Shown in pieces: positions 1 through 11,455 of a stretch of 64,000 nucleotides of DNA. This DNA comes from Acidobacteriota bacterium (GTDB lineage: Bacteria; Acidobacteriota; JAAYUB01): assembly GCA_012517875.1 (NCBI GenBank), contig JAAYUB010000095.1, forward strand, positions 787 to 64,786. The letters run 5' to 3'. The notes below the pieces were generated by a model. It did not search any database. It was not told the origin of the DNA and saw nothing but the letters and a program-made list of their open reading frames with translations. The translations under genes were made by a program, and so were the position numbers. The stretch's first letter is position 1. Each line of letters begins with the position of its first letter.

Positions 1-3000
1 ATGAAGTTCATCTCCGTCGATCCCCAGACGCCCAACGTCCTGTTCGCCGGCATCTCGGAAGGCAGTTTCTTCCGCAGCCGCAACTGGGGCCAGAGCTGGG
101 AGGTGATCGGCGGCTTCAATTCACCCATGGCGGCCGGCGCCGTGCATCCACTGAATCACCGGGTTGTGCTCGCCGCCAACTCGGACGGAATCCACCGGAG
201 CACGGACGGCGGTGACGGGTGGACCCGGGTGTCCACCATCGCGGACGTCCGCTGTTTCGCCTTCCATCCCACCGATGCCGCCATCATCTACGCGTCCTCC
301 TATAACCGGATCTATCGGTCCAACGACGGCGGCGGCAGTTGGGATGCCATCGCCACCCTGCCTGGCAGTCCGCAGATCGACCAGATCAAGCAGGCCCCAC
401 TGGCCCCGCTGACGCTCTACATCGCCACCTGGAATTCGGGGGTGCAGAAAAGCGTCAACGGCGGTTTGAACTGGACGGACGTCTCGCCCGGTGCGGGCAG
501 CGGTTGGCGCGTGGCCTGCCATCCCACCCTGCCCGGCGTGGTGTATGCCTCCTCGTATCAGCCCATGGCGTTTTACACCAGTACGAACAGCGGCGCATCC
601 TGGACGAAGCATCCGACGGCTGTTTCCTTCCTGGATCTGGTTGGTGATCCGGGTAATCCCAACCGGTTCTTCTTCATCAACCTGCACACCGTTTACCGAA
701 GTTCCGACGGCGGCGTCACGTTCGAGAACGTCCTGCAGCCGGGCGGCCGGTGCATCGCCATCGAGCCCGTCGATCCGAACGGGGCGCTTTACGCCGGTAC
801 CATCTCCGGCGTCCAGCGTTCGATGAACCGGGGAGTGACATGGAAAGCCGCCAGTTCCGGTCTGTTGACCAAAACCAATTGTCTGGCGGTGTCGCCCGAC
901 GAACCCGGTGTGGTGTACGCCGGCGACGACACCGGCTATCTGTTCAAAAGCACCGACGGCGGCGAATCATGGGAATACCAGAGCCACGTCGGCAGCAACC
1001 TGCCCTTTCAGAACCTGGCGATCAGCCCGGCCACCGATCCGCCGGCCATCATGGGCACCGTCAACGGCGACCTCTGGCGGACCCTGAACGAGGGCGACAC
1101 CTGGACGAAAGTGATCAGCGGCGGCGGCACGGTCAACAGCAAGGATATCTTCGACCTGGCTGTTCACCCCGCCGATCCGTCGACGGTGTACGCCACCTCG
1201 GGGTGGCCGACCTGGGATTACGACTACGACGGCCTGTACGTCTCCACCGACGCCGGCGCCACCTGGGCTCCCACCGGCCAGCTCATCGGCGTCAACATCA
1301 TCGACCTGATGTTCGATCCGTGGTCACCGTTGAAGATGTACGCCGCCGGGGACGACGGTTTCTACAAGTCCACCGACGGCGGCCTCTCCTGGGACCCGGC
1401 GATGACCGGCCTGACCGAACCGCACGTGTACAGCCTGGCATCCAACGAGGACAGTCCGCAGACACTCTTCGCCGGCACGCGCTGGGGCGTGTTCAAGAGC
1501 ACGAACGAGGGCGGTCTGTGGACGCCCGCCGGCCTGGAGTACAACTGGGTGCAGGCCCTGGTGCGCCAACCCAAGAGCGGGAACATGTTCGCCGGCACGA
1601 CGGACGGACTGTTCTACACCCGCAATGACGGCGCCAACTGGTACCCCGTTTCCAGGGCCACGACCGAAACGGATGTGCAGGCGCTGGCCACCGACGTCCG
1701 CACGCCCACGCGGATCTACGCGGCCACATCGAGCGGTGTGTTCGCCTACACGTCGATGACCTCGCCCACGGTGCCCCTGTTGAGCCGCTCCGGTCAGACC
1801 GGCAACGTGAATCAGGCGCTCGCCGCCCAGATTCTGCCGGCTTCGGCGATCACGTTCCTGCTGGCGCCCGACACCTTCCCCACCGCCGGCACCGCCAACC
1901 CGGTTATCCTGGAACTCACCCTGCCCGCCGGCGCCCTGCTGAGCCAGACTTTGGCTGATGGCAAACTGTCCCAGCTTGAAGTGTTGCCCGCCGGCGCCAC
2001 GGTGCATCCGCTGGCTGTCTCCGAATACGCCTTCGACGGCATGTCCGCCACCTACCAACCCGTCGCGAGCACTGCGGCCACCGCCGGGATCGACGACCAC
2101 GCGATCCAGCTGTTTCGCTGCGTGCAGGGCGAGAACAAGATCTGGTTGCGCCTCACCCGGAGCACCAGCGCCTGGGAACCCGACAACGACGAGAACTATC
2201 TTGGTTTCACCATCGGGATCGGCGCCGGTGTCTGGCCCATGAACGGGGCGAGCAACTGGGGCGCCGCGGGCCAGTTCACCCAGGCCAACTCCCAGTTCTT
2301 CGGGGATCTGCGGGGCTACGATTTCAACCTGACCGACGACATGTTCCCGGTGACGGTCCGGGCGTTCTACCAGAAGACGGGCGCCGCCACGACCACCACA
2401 TTCACCCCCGACACGCTGAACCTGTTCCGGCTCGATCACACCATCGCGGAGGATGTCGCCCCCGTCCGCCTCGTGGGCGCCACGATCACCGACCATGCCC
2501 AGGGCGACCTCGACGGCGACGGACGCGAGGACATTGCCTCCATCGACGGGGCAGCCAACCGGCTGTACTGGTCGCTGTCCGGGCCCGACGGCACCTACCC
2601 GTCGCTGGACTGGCGGGCCTTGGACGGCGCCGCCGCCCGCACGGTGGAAATCGGCGACGTGACCGGCGACGGCCGGCCGGACATCCTCGTCGCCGACGCC
2701 GCGGGCACTCTGCGGATCTACGCCTGGGAAACCCTGTTCGAGAAAGCCGGTCGCCCCGGCAACCGGCTGGTACCCGTGCGGACGACGGCGCTGGCCGGTG
2801 AACCCAGCGCCTCGCACGTGATCGACATCAACGGCGACAACCAGAAGGATTTCCTGTACACGGTCCCCGCCACCAATACCCTGCAGATCCTGTACGGGCA
2901 GCAATTTGCCAGCAGCACGTCGGTTTACCTGAGCGATGGGCCGGTGGCGCTCACCACCGGCGACTTCAACGGCGACGCCCGGCCGGACATCGCGGTGGCC

Positions 3001-4809
3001 AACCGCGATGGCAACTCGGTGACGGTGGTGCGCAACGACGGCGGTTCGTTCTCCGCCGTCAATTATGCCACCCTGGGCGCGCAACCGGTCGCCGTGGCGG
3101 CCGCCGACTTCGGCCGCGACGGCCGGACCGACCTGGCCGTGGCGCAGGCGGCGAACAAGTCCATCAGCATCTGGCACGCCGGCACCGGCGGCACTTTCGC
3201 GCCCGGATCCGGCCAGACCATCTATTTCGTCAATCCGCCGTCGGCCCTCCAGGCCGACAACTTCGACGGCCAGCACGGGCCGGACATCCTGGTGGGCTAC
3301 GCCGATTACTACAAGCTCGGGCTCTGCGTCTCCGACGCCGCCGGCACCATGACCTACGCTTACTCCATCAACACGCTGGGCGACATGGAGCTGGATCCCG
3401 TCAACCACGTGACGCTGGTCGAGAACGACATCCTGAGCATCGCCGGCGGCACCACGCTCGGCGGCATCTGCTCCCGGACCGGCGTGGCGGCACTGGCCGA
3501 CCGGGCGTTCAACCTGGTGCATCTGCCGCGGAGCCAGGACCTGTCGTTTTCCGTCATCAACCTCGGCACGGCGGCGGGCCTGCTCAACCTGGAGCTTTAC
3601 GACAGCGCGGGCACCCACCGGAAGGCGGTCACCGTGCCGCTGGCGCCCGGCCAGCAGTTCGCCCGCTACCTCACCGATCCGAGCGTGTTCGGCGCCGACG
3701 CCGACCAGCCCGGCCGCTGGGTGCGCGGCTTCCTGACCGAGCCGGAGACCTACGGGTTCTGGCTGGCCAACGACGGCGCGACCCTTCACTACATGGACGG
3801 GCTGTCCCTGCCCGACGCCCGCGACGCCCACACCCGGCTCTTGTTCCCCGCCGGCACGGATCCGGTGCGCACGCTGCTGGTCATCAATCCCAGCAAGGAC
3901 CAGTGCCGGCTGGTGCTGGAGCGGCTGAGCAACGGCTCCGTCCTCCAATCCAAGTCCTACACGCTGGCAGGCCGCGGCCGGCTCGAGGTGGATCTGGGGA
4001 CCGCATTCCCCGCCCTGGCGGCGCCCGATTTCATCGGGCTACGCGCCGACATCCCCGTGGTGGGCTGCCAGTTGTCCGGCAACAGCGAGAAGCTGGCGGC
4101 AATCGACGGCCTGTGCCTCCCCGAGGCGGCCGCCATTCTCTACTCGCCGCATTTCGCCTGCGGGAATCTGGGCGTCAATTACGAGACGAAATTGACCGTG
4201 CTCAACGCGACCGACACCGGCACGGCCGTGGTGATCCGCAGGTACGGCGACGCCGGCCAGCTTCTGGGCACCAGTCCGACCCTGAGTATCCCGGCGCAGA
4301 GCAAGCTCCAGCAGGATGTGGCCACCCTGTTCGGCCTCGTCGGTCCCGCCACGGGTTATTTGACCGTGGAGCCGCAGGGCGCGACGCCGCTGGTGGGCCT
4401 GGTGACATTCGGGGAGGCCGGCAACGGGCGGTTCCTGTCAAGCCTGCCCCTGGCCGTGCAGGGACAGGCCCGCAGCCTCGTGGCGCACATGGCCAACGGC
4501 AAACTGGGCAACACCTCCTTTTTCACGGGTCTCGCCGTGCTCAATCCGGACGATGTCGCCCAACAGGTCCTGCTGACAGCCCACGACCAGAATGGCATGG
4601 AGCTGGCGGCGGACACGCTCAACATCCCCGCCCGCGGCCGGAGCGTCTTCCTGCTGGACCAGCAGATGCCGGAACTGACGAGCATCTTCGGTGGTTTTCT
4701 ACTTATCGAGAGCCTGAGCGACCCGGCCCGAGACGTGATCGTCTTCGCGCTGTTCGGCGACCAGGCGCTGAACTTCCTGTCCGCCGTCAGCGCCCAGCCG
4801 CTGCCTTAG
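1..4809 (+). CDS. Large secreted repeat protein, 5'-truncated at the window edge. The N-terminal half has about 12 BNR/Asp-box repeats, followed by FG-GAP/VCBS-type Ca-binding repeats and a beta-rich C-terminal region.
   Basis: A 1602-codon ORF is open from nt 1 to the TAG at 4807-4809. It has repeated SxDGGxxW motifs (STDGGDGWTRV, SNDGGGSWDAI, STDGGESWEYQ, STDAGATWAPT, STDGGLSWDPA, TRNDGANWYPV). It also has repeated DxDGDGRxDI motifs (DLDGDGREDIA, DVTGDGRPDILVAD, DFNGDARPDIAVAN, DFGRDGRTDLAVA). Composition is protein-like throughout. Confidence 0.8.
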   Translation: MKFISVDPQTPNVLFAGISEGSFFRSRNWGQSWEVIGGFNSPMAAGAVHPLNHRVVLAANSDGIHRSTDGGDGWTRVSTIADVRCFAFHPTDAAIIYASSYNRIYRSNDGGGSWDAIATLPGSPQIDQIKQAPLAPLTLYIATWNSGVQKSVNGGLNWTDVSPGAGSGWRVACHPTLPGVVYASSYQPMAFYTSTNSGASWTKHPTAVSFLDLVGDPGNPNRFFFINLHTVYRSSDGGVTFENVLQPGGRCIAIEPVDPNGALYAGTISGVQRSMNRGVTWKAASSGLLTKTNCLAVSPDEPGVVYAGDDTGYLFKSTDGGESWEYQSHVGSNLPFQNLAISPATDPPAIMGTVNGDLWRTLNEGDTWTKVISGGGTVNSKDIFDLAVHPADPSTVYATSGWPTWDYDYDGLYVSTDAGATWAPTGQLIGVNIIDLMFDPWSPLKMYAAGDDGFYKSTDGGLSWDPAMTGLTEPHVYSLASNEDSPQTLFAGTRWGVFKSTNEGGLWTPAGLEYNWVQALVRQPKSGNMFAGTTDGLFYTRNDGANWYPVSRATTETDVQALATDVRTPTRIYAATSSGVFAYTSMTSPTVPLLSRSGQTGNVNQALAAQILPASAITFLLAPDTFPTAGTANPVILELTLPAGALLSQTLADGKLSQLEVLPAGATVHPLAVSEYAFDGMSATYQPVASTAATAGIDDHAIQLFRCVQGENKIWLRLTRSTSAWEPDNDENYLGFTIGIGAGVWPMNGASNWGAAGQFTQANSQFFGDLRGYDFNLTDDMFPVTVRAFYQKTGAATTTTFTPDTLNLFRLDHTIAEDVAPVRLVGATITDHAQGDLDGDGREDIASIDGAANRLYWSLSGPDGTYPSLDWRALDGAAARTVEIGDVTGDGRPDILVADAAGTLRIYAWETLFEKAGRPGNRLVPVRTTALAGEPSASHVIDINGDNQKDFLYTVPATNTLQILYGQQFASSTSVYLSDGPVALTTGDFNGDARPDIAVANRDGNSVTVVRNDGGSFSAVNYATLGAQPVAVAAADFGRDGRTDLAVAQAANKSISIWHAGTGGTFAPGSGQTIYFVNPPSALQADNFDGQHGPDILVGYADYYKLGLCVSDAAGTMTYAYSINTLGDMELDPVNHVTLVENDILSIAGGTTLGGICSRTGVAALADRAFNLVHLPRSQDLSFSVINLGTAAGLLNLELYDSAGTHRKAVTVPLAPGQQFARYLTDPSVFGADADQPGRWVRGFLTEPETYGFWLANDGATLHYMDGLSLPDARDAHTRLLFPAGTDPVRTLLVINPSKDQCRLVLERLSNGSVLQSKSYTLAGRGRLEVDLGTAFPALAAPDFIGLRADIPVVGCQLSGNSEKLAAIDGLCLPEAAAILYSPHFACGNLGVNYETKLTVLNATDTGTAVVIRRYGDAGQLLGTSPTLSIPAQSKLQQDVATLFGLVGPATGYLTVEPQGATPLVGLVTFGEAGNGRFLSSLPLAVQGQARSLVAHMANGKLGNTSFFTGLAVLNPDDVAQQVLLTAHDQNGMELAADTLNIPARGRSVFLLDQQMPELTSIFGGFLLIESLSDPARDVIVFALFGDQALNFLSAVSAQPLP

Positions 4810-4849
4810 GGGCACCGGCACGGAGTGGACGGGGTGGAATCATGGGAAT

Positions 4850-5050
4850 ATGGAGGGGGCCATGAACATCGAGCTGACAGCCGAGGAACTGGCCATCCTG
4901 GAGGCGATACTGCACAAGGAGCTGGGCGGGCTGCCTATCGAGATCCACCACACCCGGACCCAGGCGTACAAGGAAATGCTCAAGGAAAAACAGGTCCGGG
5001 TGGAACAGCTCCTGGAAAAAATCCGGGCGGTCCCAAACCGCCCGCGCTGA
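4850..5050 (+). CDS. Small hypothetical protein of 62-66 aa. The alternative start at 4862 (MNIELT...) sits 2-5 nt after a GGAGGGGG Shine-Dalgarno.
   Basis: Unlike surrounding off-frame ORFs it is not Arg/Gly-rich (MNIELTAEELAILEAILHKELGGLPIEIHHTRTQAYKEMLKEKQVRVEQLLEKIRAV). A strong SD overlaps the first ATG. It lies 40 nt after the stop of the giant repeat protein. Confidence 0.45.
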   Translation: MEGAMNIELTAEELAILEAILHKELGGLPIEIHHTRTQAYKEMLKEKQVRVEQLLEKIRAVPNRPR

Positions 5051-5176
5051 ATCGCCTCCTGCAGCGGGTTGTCCCAACGACGGCCCCGTGGCGGGTTTGT
5101 TGCCCGCGGGGCATGGCGTGCGTTCCGAAACAATCCGATGAAAATGGATGGAATCCCTGCGGCGGGATGAAGGAAA

Positions 5177-5207
5177 GCGGGGGGCGACGAACGTCGCCCC
5201 CCGCGCG
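5177..5207. terminator. GC-rich hairpin (13-bp stem, 2-nt loop) between the convergent small ORF (+) and hppA (-). It is a probable hppA terminator.
   Basis: The sequence gcggggggcgacg-aa-cgtcgccccccgc is a perfect inverted repeat. On the minus strand it is followed by TTTCCTTCAT, immediately 3' of the hppA stop at 5211. Confidence 0.5.
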
Positions 5208-5210
5208 CGT

Positions 5211-7700
<2,490 letters not shown>

Positions 7701-7963
7701 AACCTTATCTCCTCTGAGCCGATGAATCATCCACGTCCAGCAGACCGGCTGTCCGGCGCGTCCCCTCCGATCGTCCGTCGGACCTTGTGCACCAACCGCA
7801 GGGGCGCCGCCGGATGAGCGTCCAGAAGCGCCATTTGTCGCCGGCACATCCGGCCAAGGAACCGTCTCTGAAACTGAGCATTATTGTGAGAGAGGGCCGT
7901 GAAGTCAAGTCATTTCGGGCAACCGCCGCCGGAGCGGCCCGTCCGCGGCCGCCGGCAAGCCGG

Positions 7964-8692
7964 TCAGGATTCGGCGGGCGGATCGTCGGACGGCTTGAGC
8001 CGGCTGGCATATTCGGGGTAGAGCCGGGCGACGCAGTCGGGGCAGAGGCCGTGGCTGAACTCGGCCTGCGAGCGGGCTTCGATGTACGCCTCCACCTGGT
8101 GCCAGAACCCCTGGTCGTCGCGGACCTTCTTGCAGCCGGCGCAGATGGGTATCAGGCCGTGCAGGGTCTCGATGCGCGCCAGCGCCTCCCGCAGCTTCCC
8201 GATCAGGCGCTCGCGCTCTTCTTCCGCTTCCCGTAACGGCGTGATGTCGAGTCCGGAACAGATGATGTAGGCCGGTTCCCCGCCCTCACCCGGGCAGGCC
8301 GTGACCGTCCACTGGGTGCAGCGCCGCCGGCCCATCCGGTCCGTCCAACAGATCCGGTCGTCCACCGGGGATTCGCCGGAACGAATCCGCTCCAGCAGCG
8401 GCCGCATGCCGGCGCCGGGTTCGACGGGCGGAAAGCATTCGTCGGGGGACCGGCCGATGCCATCCGGGAAGGGGCGGCCGGCCGCCCGCTCGGCGGCGCG
8501 GTTGAAGCGCAGGACGCGGCCATCCAGATCCAGCACCACCAGCAGGGCGTTGCTGCTGTCGAGGACCGCGGTGACGAAGTTCCGCTCCGTCCGGAGCAGC
8601 CGTTCGGTCTGCTCCAGGTCGTCGCTGCTGCGGGTGTCGGGTCGCGTCTCGTCCATCGGTGCGTCCATCCGCGCCATTATACTCCCGTTCAC
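7964..8692 (-). CDS. PAS-domain sensor protein with a C-terminal four-Cys zinc-ribbon-like motif and no kinase domain.
   Basis: The N-terminal PAS-like block is RNFVTAVLDSSNALLVVLDLDGRVLRFNRAAERAAGRP. The C-terminus is LIPICAGCKKVRDDQGFWHQVEAYIEARSQAEFSHGLCPDC (CxxC...CxxC). It lies 58 nt downstream of the radical SAM gene on the same strand. The exact start is ambiguous (8692, 8677 or 8668). Confidence 0.75.
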   Translation of the reverse strand: MNGSIMARMDAPMDETRPDTRSSDDLEQTERLLRTERNFVTAVLDSSNALLVVLDLDGRVLRFNRAAERAAGRPFPDGIGRSPDECFPPVEPGAGMRPLLERIRSGESPVDDRICWTDRMGRRRCTQWTVTACPGEGGEPAYIICSGLDITPLREAEEERERLIGKLREALARIETLHGLIPICAGCKKVRDDQGFWHQVEAYIEARSQAEFSHGLCPDCVARLYPEYASRLKPSDDPPAES

Positions 8693-8750
8693 GGCGAAAC
8701 CGGCAAGCCGGACATCTCGGACGATCTGCTGGACTCCGTGTACGCGCCAA

Positions 8751-10721
8751 TCACCGGACCAGAACCCCCCGCCGCACCAGATCGTTCAGCAGCCGGTGCA
8801 GCGACCGGTTCACTTCCGCCCGCGGGGTGTCGGGATAATGCGCCGCGGCCGCCGCCTCCAGCGTCGCCACGGAGGCGCCCGGTCCGATCCACTCGAGCAC
8901 CCGGGCGACTTCCGGACCCACCGTCGCCATCTCCACCCGGTCTCCTGTCAGATACATCACCAGCCGGCGCGGCGTGTGATCCACCGCCGCAAGCGGGGCC
9001 AGTGTCTCAATGAGGGCCAGCGCGTCCGAATCGAGGTTCAGGATACTGGCGGTCCCCGCAAGACGGATTGCGCCCGCGGGCACCGGCGGGGATGGCGGCG
9101 CGGAGCAGCCCGCCAGGATCCGCAGGCGGCCCCAGTGGTGCTGCAGCCGCAGGAGATCGTCCAGCGGGCGGAGCAAGACCGGCCGACGGGCGGCCCGGGA
9201 CGCGGCGGCCAGGAACAGCCTCAGGGCGGGCAGCGCGCCAGGCTGCCCGACGGGCGACGCCAGGCGGGCCAGCTCGGAGTCGTTCAGGGGAGCGCCCCGC
9301 CAACGGCCGGCAAGGAAATCCTCCAGCACCTCCGCCGGCCGACGCTCCAGCTCGCGCGCCATCAGCCCGACGATTTCGGTCCGATAGGTGAACTGGTGGA
9401 AAATTGTGAGCGCCCGGGCCAGGCGCTCCGCCCGGGCCATGTCGCCGGCGGAAAATGTGGGGCAGCTTTCCAGGTAATACGGCGGCTCCGGCTGGTGGCG
9501 CAGGCCCAGGCGTTCCGCATCGTGGGCGAAGCGGCTCCCCGGCAGCACCTGGAGCCGGAAGCAGTTGATGAAATTCGGCTCCATGGCGAAAGCGGCGTCA
9601 AGGGTCCTGCTGAAGGCGGCGTAGTCGTCGCCGGGCAGGCCGTAGATGACATCCAGGCTGAAGGGAAGGCCGGCTTGCCGGAGCTGGCGCGTCCTGTCAC
9701 CGAACGCCTCCAGCCGCGCCGTCCGCCCGGCTTGCCGCAAGGCGCGCGGCGAGCTGGACTGGAGGCCGAAGATCAGGAAATCGCCCACCCGGCCCGCCAG
9801 TGGCGCCAGGTCCGGGGGATGCAGCGTGGCCAGGTTCAGCTCCGCCCCGACGAGCGTCAGGTTGTCCGCGGCGGCCAGGTGACGGACCAGCGCCCGGAAC
9901 CGCCGCGGCTCCTGGTTCAGGCCGGGATCGAGCAGCCAGACTTTCCCGCCCCCGGACGCGGCGAACGCGCGCAGGGCGCGGACGACACCGCCGAGCGGCC
10001 GAAGCCGTCGGCCGGGTGACTGGACGCCATATGTGCAGTAGGCGCAGCGGTGGCGGCAGCCGCGAGCCGTCTCCAGGACCAGCAGGCCGGGGTGGCGGCG
10101 GCGGAAATCGGGATCGTCCAGCGGCGCCGGCACGCGGCTCAGCGCCAGTGGTTCGGGGGGCGGGTGGGCCCGGCAGTCGTCGCCGTCCCGGACCACGAGC
10201 CCCGGCGTCTCGGTCCAGGGCGCGGCGTCGAGGTCCGCCAGCCGCCGCAGCAGCAGCCGGAACACCTCCTCCCCCTCGCCTGCGACGACGGCGGCCACCG
10301 CCGCCGGGTGCCGCGCCAGCAGCGCCCCGGCCCGGAAGGTCGCGTCGGGCCCGCCCAACAGCACAATCGCCGCCGGATCGAGCGTCCGGATCCCTTCCGC
10401 CAGGCGCAGCATCGCCGCGCTGTTCCAGGAATAGCACGACAGGCCCACCACGTTGGGACGGTCGGCGGCCACCGCCGCCAGCACCCGGTCCTCCGGCTCG
10501 GTGACCGGCAGATCGTGAACCGTCACCGCGACGCGCTTCGCCAGCTCGGGATCGCTGCACGCGTAGGCCCGCAGGTTGTACACCGCCAGGTTCGGCGCTG
10601 CGGCGCCCATCACCTCCATGGCCAGCCCCACGAGACTGACGCGCAGCGGCGGCGAACATCGACCGTCGTCGCGGCCGGGGCCGCTCCCTTCGGCAGGCGT
10701 TGTCTTCGATGGTGGCCTCAT
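8751..10721 (-). CDS. B12-binding-domain radical SAM protein (class B rSAM) with a ~250 aa C-terminal extension ending in a PqqD/RRE-like segment.
   Basis: The N-terminal cobalamin-binding-like region is VAVTVHDLPV...VVGLSCYSWNSAAMLRLAEGIRTLDPAAIVLLGGPDATF. The radical SAM motif is CRHRCAYC (CxxxCxxC). The C-terminal ~60 aa are ATVGPEVARVLEWIGPGASVATLEAAAAAHYPDTPRAEVNRSLHRLLNDLVRRGVLV. The start ATG at 10721 overlaps the TGA of the upstream membrane-protein gene (ATGA). Confidence 0.85.
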   Translation of the reverse strand: MRPPSKTTPAEGSGPGRDDGRCSPPLRVSLVGLAMEVMGAAAPNLAVYNLRAYACSDPELAKRVAVTVHDLPVTEPEDRVLAAVAADRPNVVGLSCYSWNSAAMLRLAEGIRTLDPAAIVLLGGPDATFRAGALLARHPAAVAAVVAGEGEEVFRLLLRRLADLDAAPWTETPGLVVRDGDDCRAHPPPEPLALSRVPAPLDDPDFRRRHPGLLVLETARGCRHRCAYCTYGVQSPGRRLRPLGGVVRALRAFAASGGGKVWLLDPGLNQEPRRFRALVRHLAAADNLTLVGAELNLATLHPPDLAPLAGRVGDFLIFGLQSSSPRALRQAGRTARLEAFGDRTRQLRQAGLPFSLDVIYGLPGDDYAAFSRTLDAAFAMEPNFINCFRLQVLPGSRFAHDAERLGLRHQPEPPYYLESCPTFSAGDMARAERLARALTIFHQFTYRTEIVGLMARELERRPAEVLEDFLAGRWRGAPLNDSELARLASPVGQPGALPALRLFLAAASRAARRPVLLRPLDDLLRLQHHWGRLRILAGCSAPPSPPVPAGAIRLAGTASILNLDSDALALIETLAPLAAVDHTPRRLVMYLTGDRVEMATVGPEVARVLEWIGPGASVATLEAAAAAHYPDTPRAEVNRSLHRLLNDLVRRGVLVR

Positions 10722-11201
10722 GGCCGGGTTGCGGAAGCGGAAGACGGCTCTGACTCGATCGGCTGATCCGGGCACTCCAACGCCTGGTTGAGGCAGTCGT
10801 ATTCCTGCCGCATCAGCGCCAGCCCGCCCAGGCCGAACGAGGCGACAGCCACCCCCTGAAACTCATCCCCCAGGACGACGAGCAGAACCAGCCCGAGCAG
10901 CACCGCGAAGGAAAACAGCAGGATGGAGCCTGTGACCACCCATTGGAACAGACTGACGCGGCGGGTCAGCTGCTTCCGCCGGAGGTCCACGATCCGACTG
11001 TTATCCCGCAGTCCCTCCAGGGCCATGGCGAATCCGTACAGGAGCAGGGCGAAGCACAAGTCTTTCGTGAATTCCTCCCGGCGCCCGAACACCATGGCCT
11101 GGAGCTGATAGTACACTCCCCCCACATAGAAGGCGAATTTCAGATGGCTCAATCCGTGAAACACGCGGTTGAAACGATTCCAGCCGGCAGATTTTTCCAT
11201 G
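10718..11201 (-). CDS. Small integral membrane protein (about 3 TM helices), hypothetical; first gene of the rSAM cassette.
   Basis: Start MEKSAGWNRF... has an AAGGAA SD 4 nt upstream. Hydrophobic segments are FAFYVGGVYYQLQAMVFG, LCFALLLYGFAMALEGL and VSLFQWVVTGSILLFSFAVLLGLVLLVVLG. The stop overlaps the rSAM start. The six-frame ORF extends to 11410 but its N-terminal part lacks coding character. Confidence 0.6.
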
Positions 11202-11380
11202 AGTTCCTTCCGTTGAATCCGCCTGCCACCCGGACCCCGGTCTGAGGGCGTCGCCACGTCGGGCAGGATCCAGCGATCGGCAGGAGATGGCTCTGGCACA
11301 GTATCATAGCACCTGACACCCTCGTTTTCATCAAACGGTCTTGATCGCCGCTGGGGACGGTGCGACATCCAACAAGCAGA

Positions 11381-11455
11381 CAAAAAAATGCTGCCGTGGA
11401 TCGGCAGCATTGCATCTGCATCATTCCTGTCGATGCGCGGGCGGAGCCCGCGCGC
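11381..11455 (-). terminator. Intrinsic terminator of the ECF sigma operon: two hairpins, the second followed by a T7 tract on the minus strand.
   Basis: The hairpin gcgcggg-cggagc-ccgcgcgc (11435-11455) abuts the DUF4252 stop at 11456. A second hairpin atgctgccg-tggat-cggcagcat (11388-11410) reads on the minus strand as stem-loop + TTTTTTTG. Confidence 0.7.

Noticed and set aside
10718-11410. Full 230-aa extent of the membrane-protein ORF.
   Set aside because: The N-terminal 70 codons (MLPIHGSIFLSACWMSHRPQRRSRPFDENEGVRCYD...) lack an SD and have poor coding character. The internal ATG at 11201 with an AAGGAA SD is preferred.
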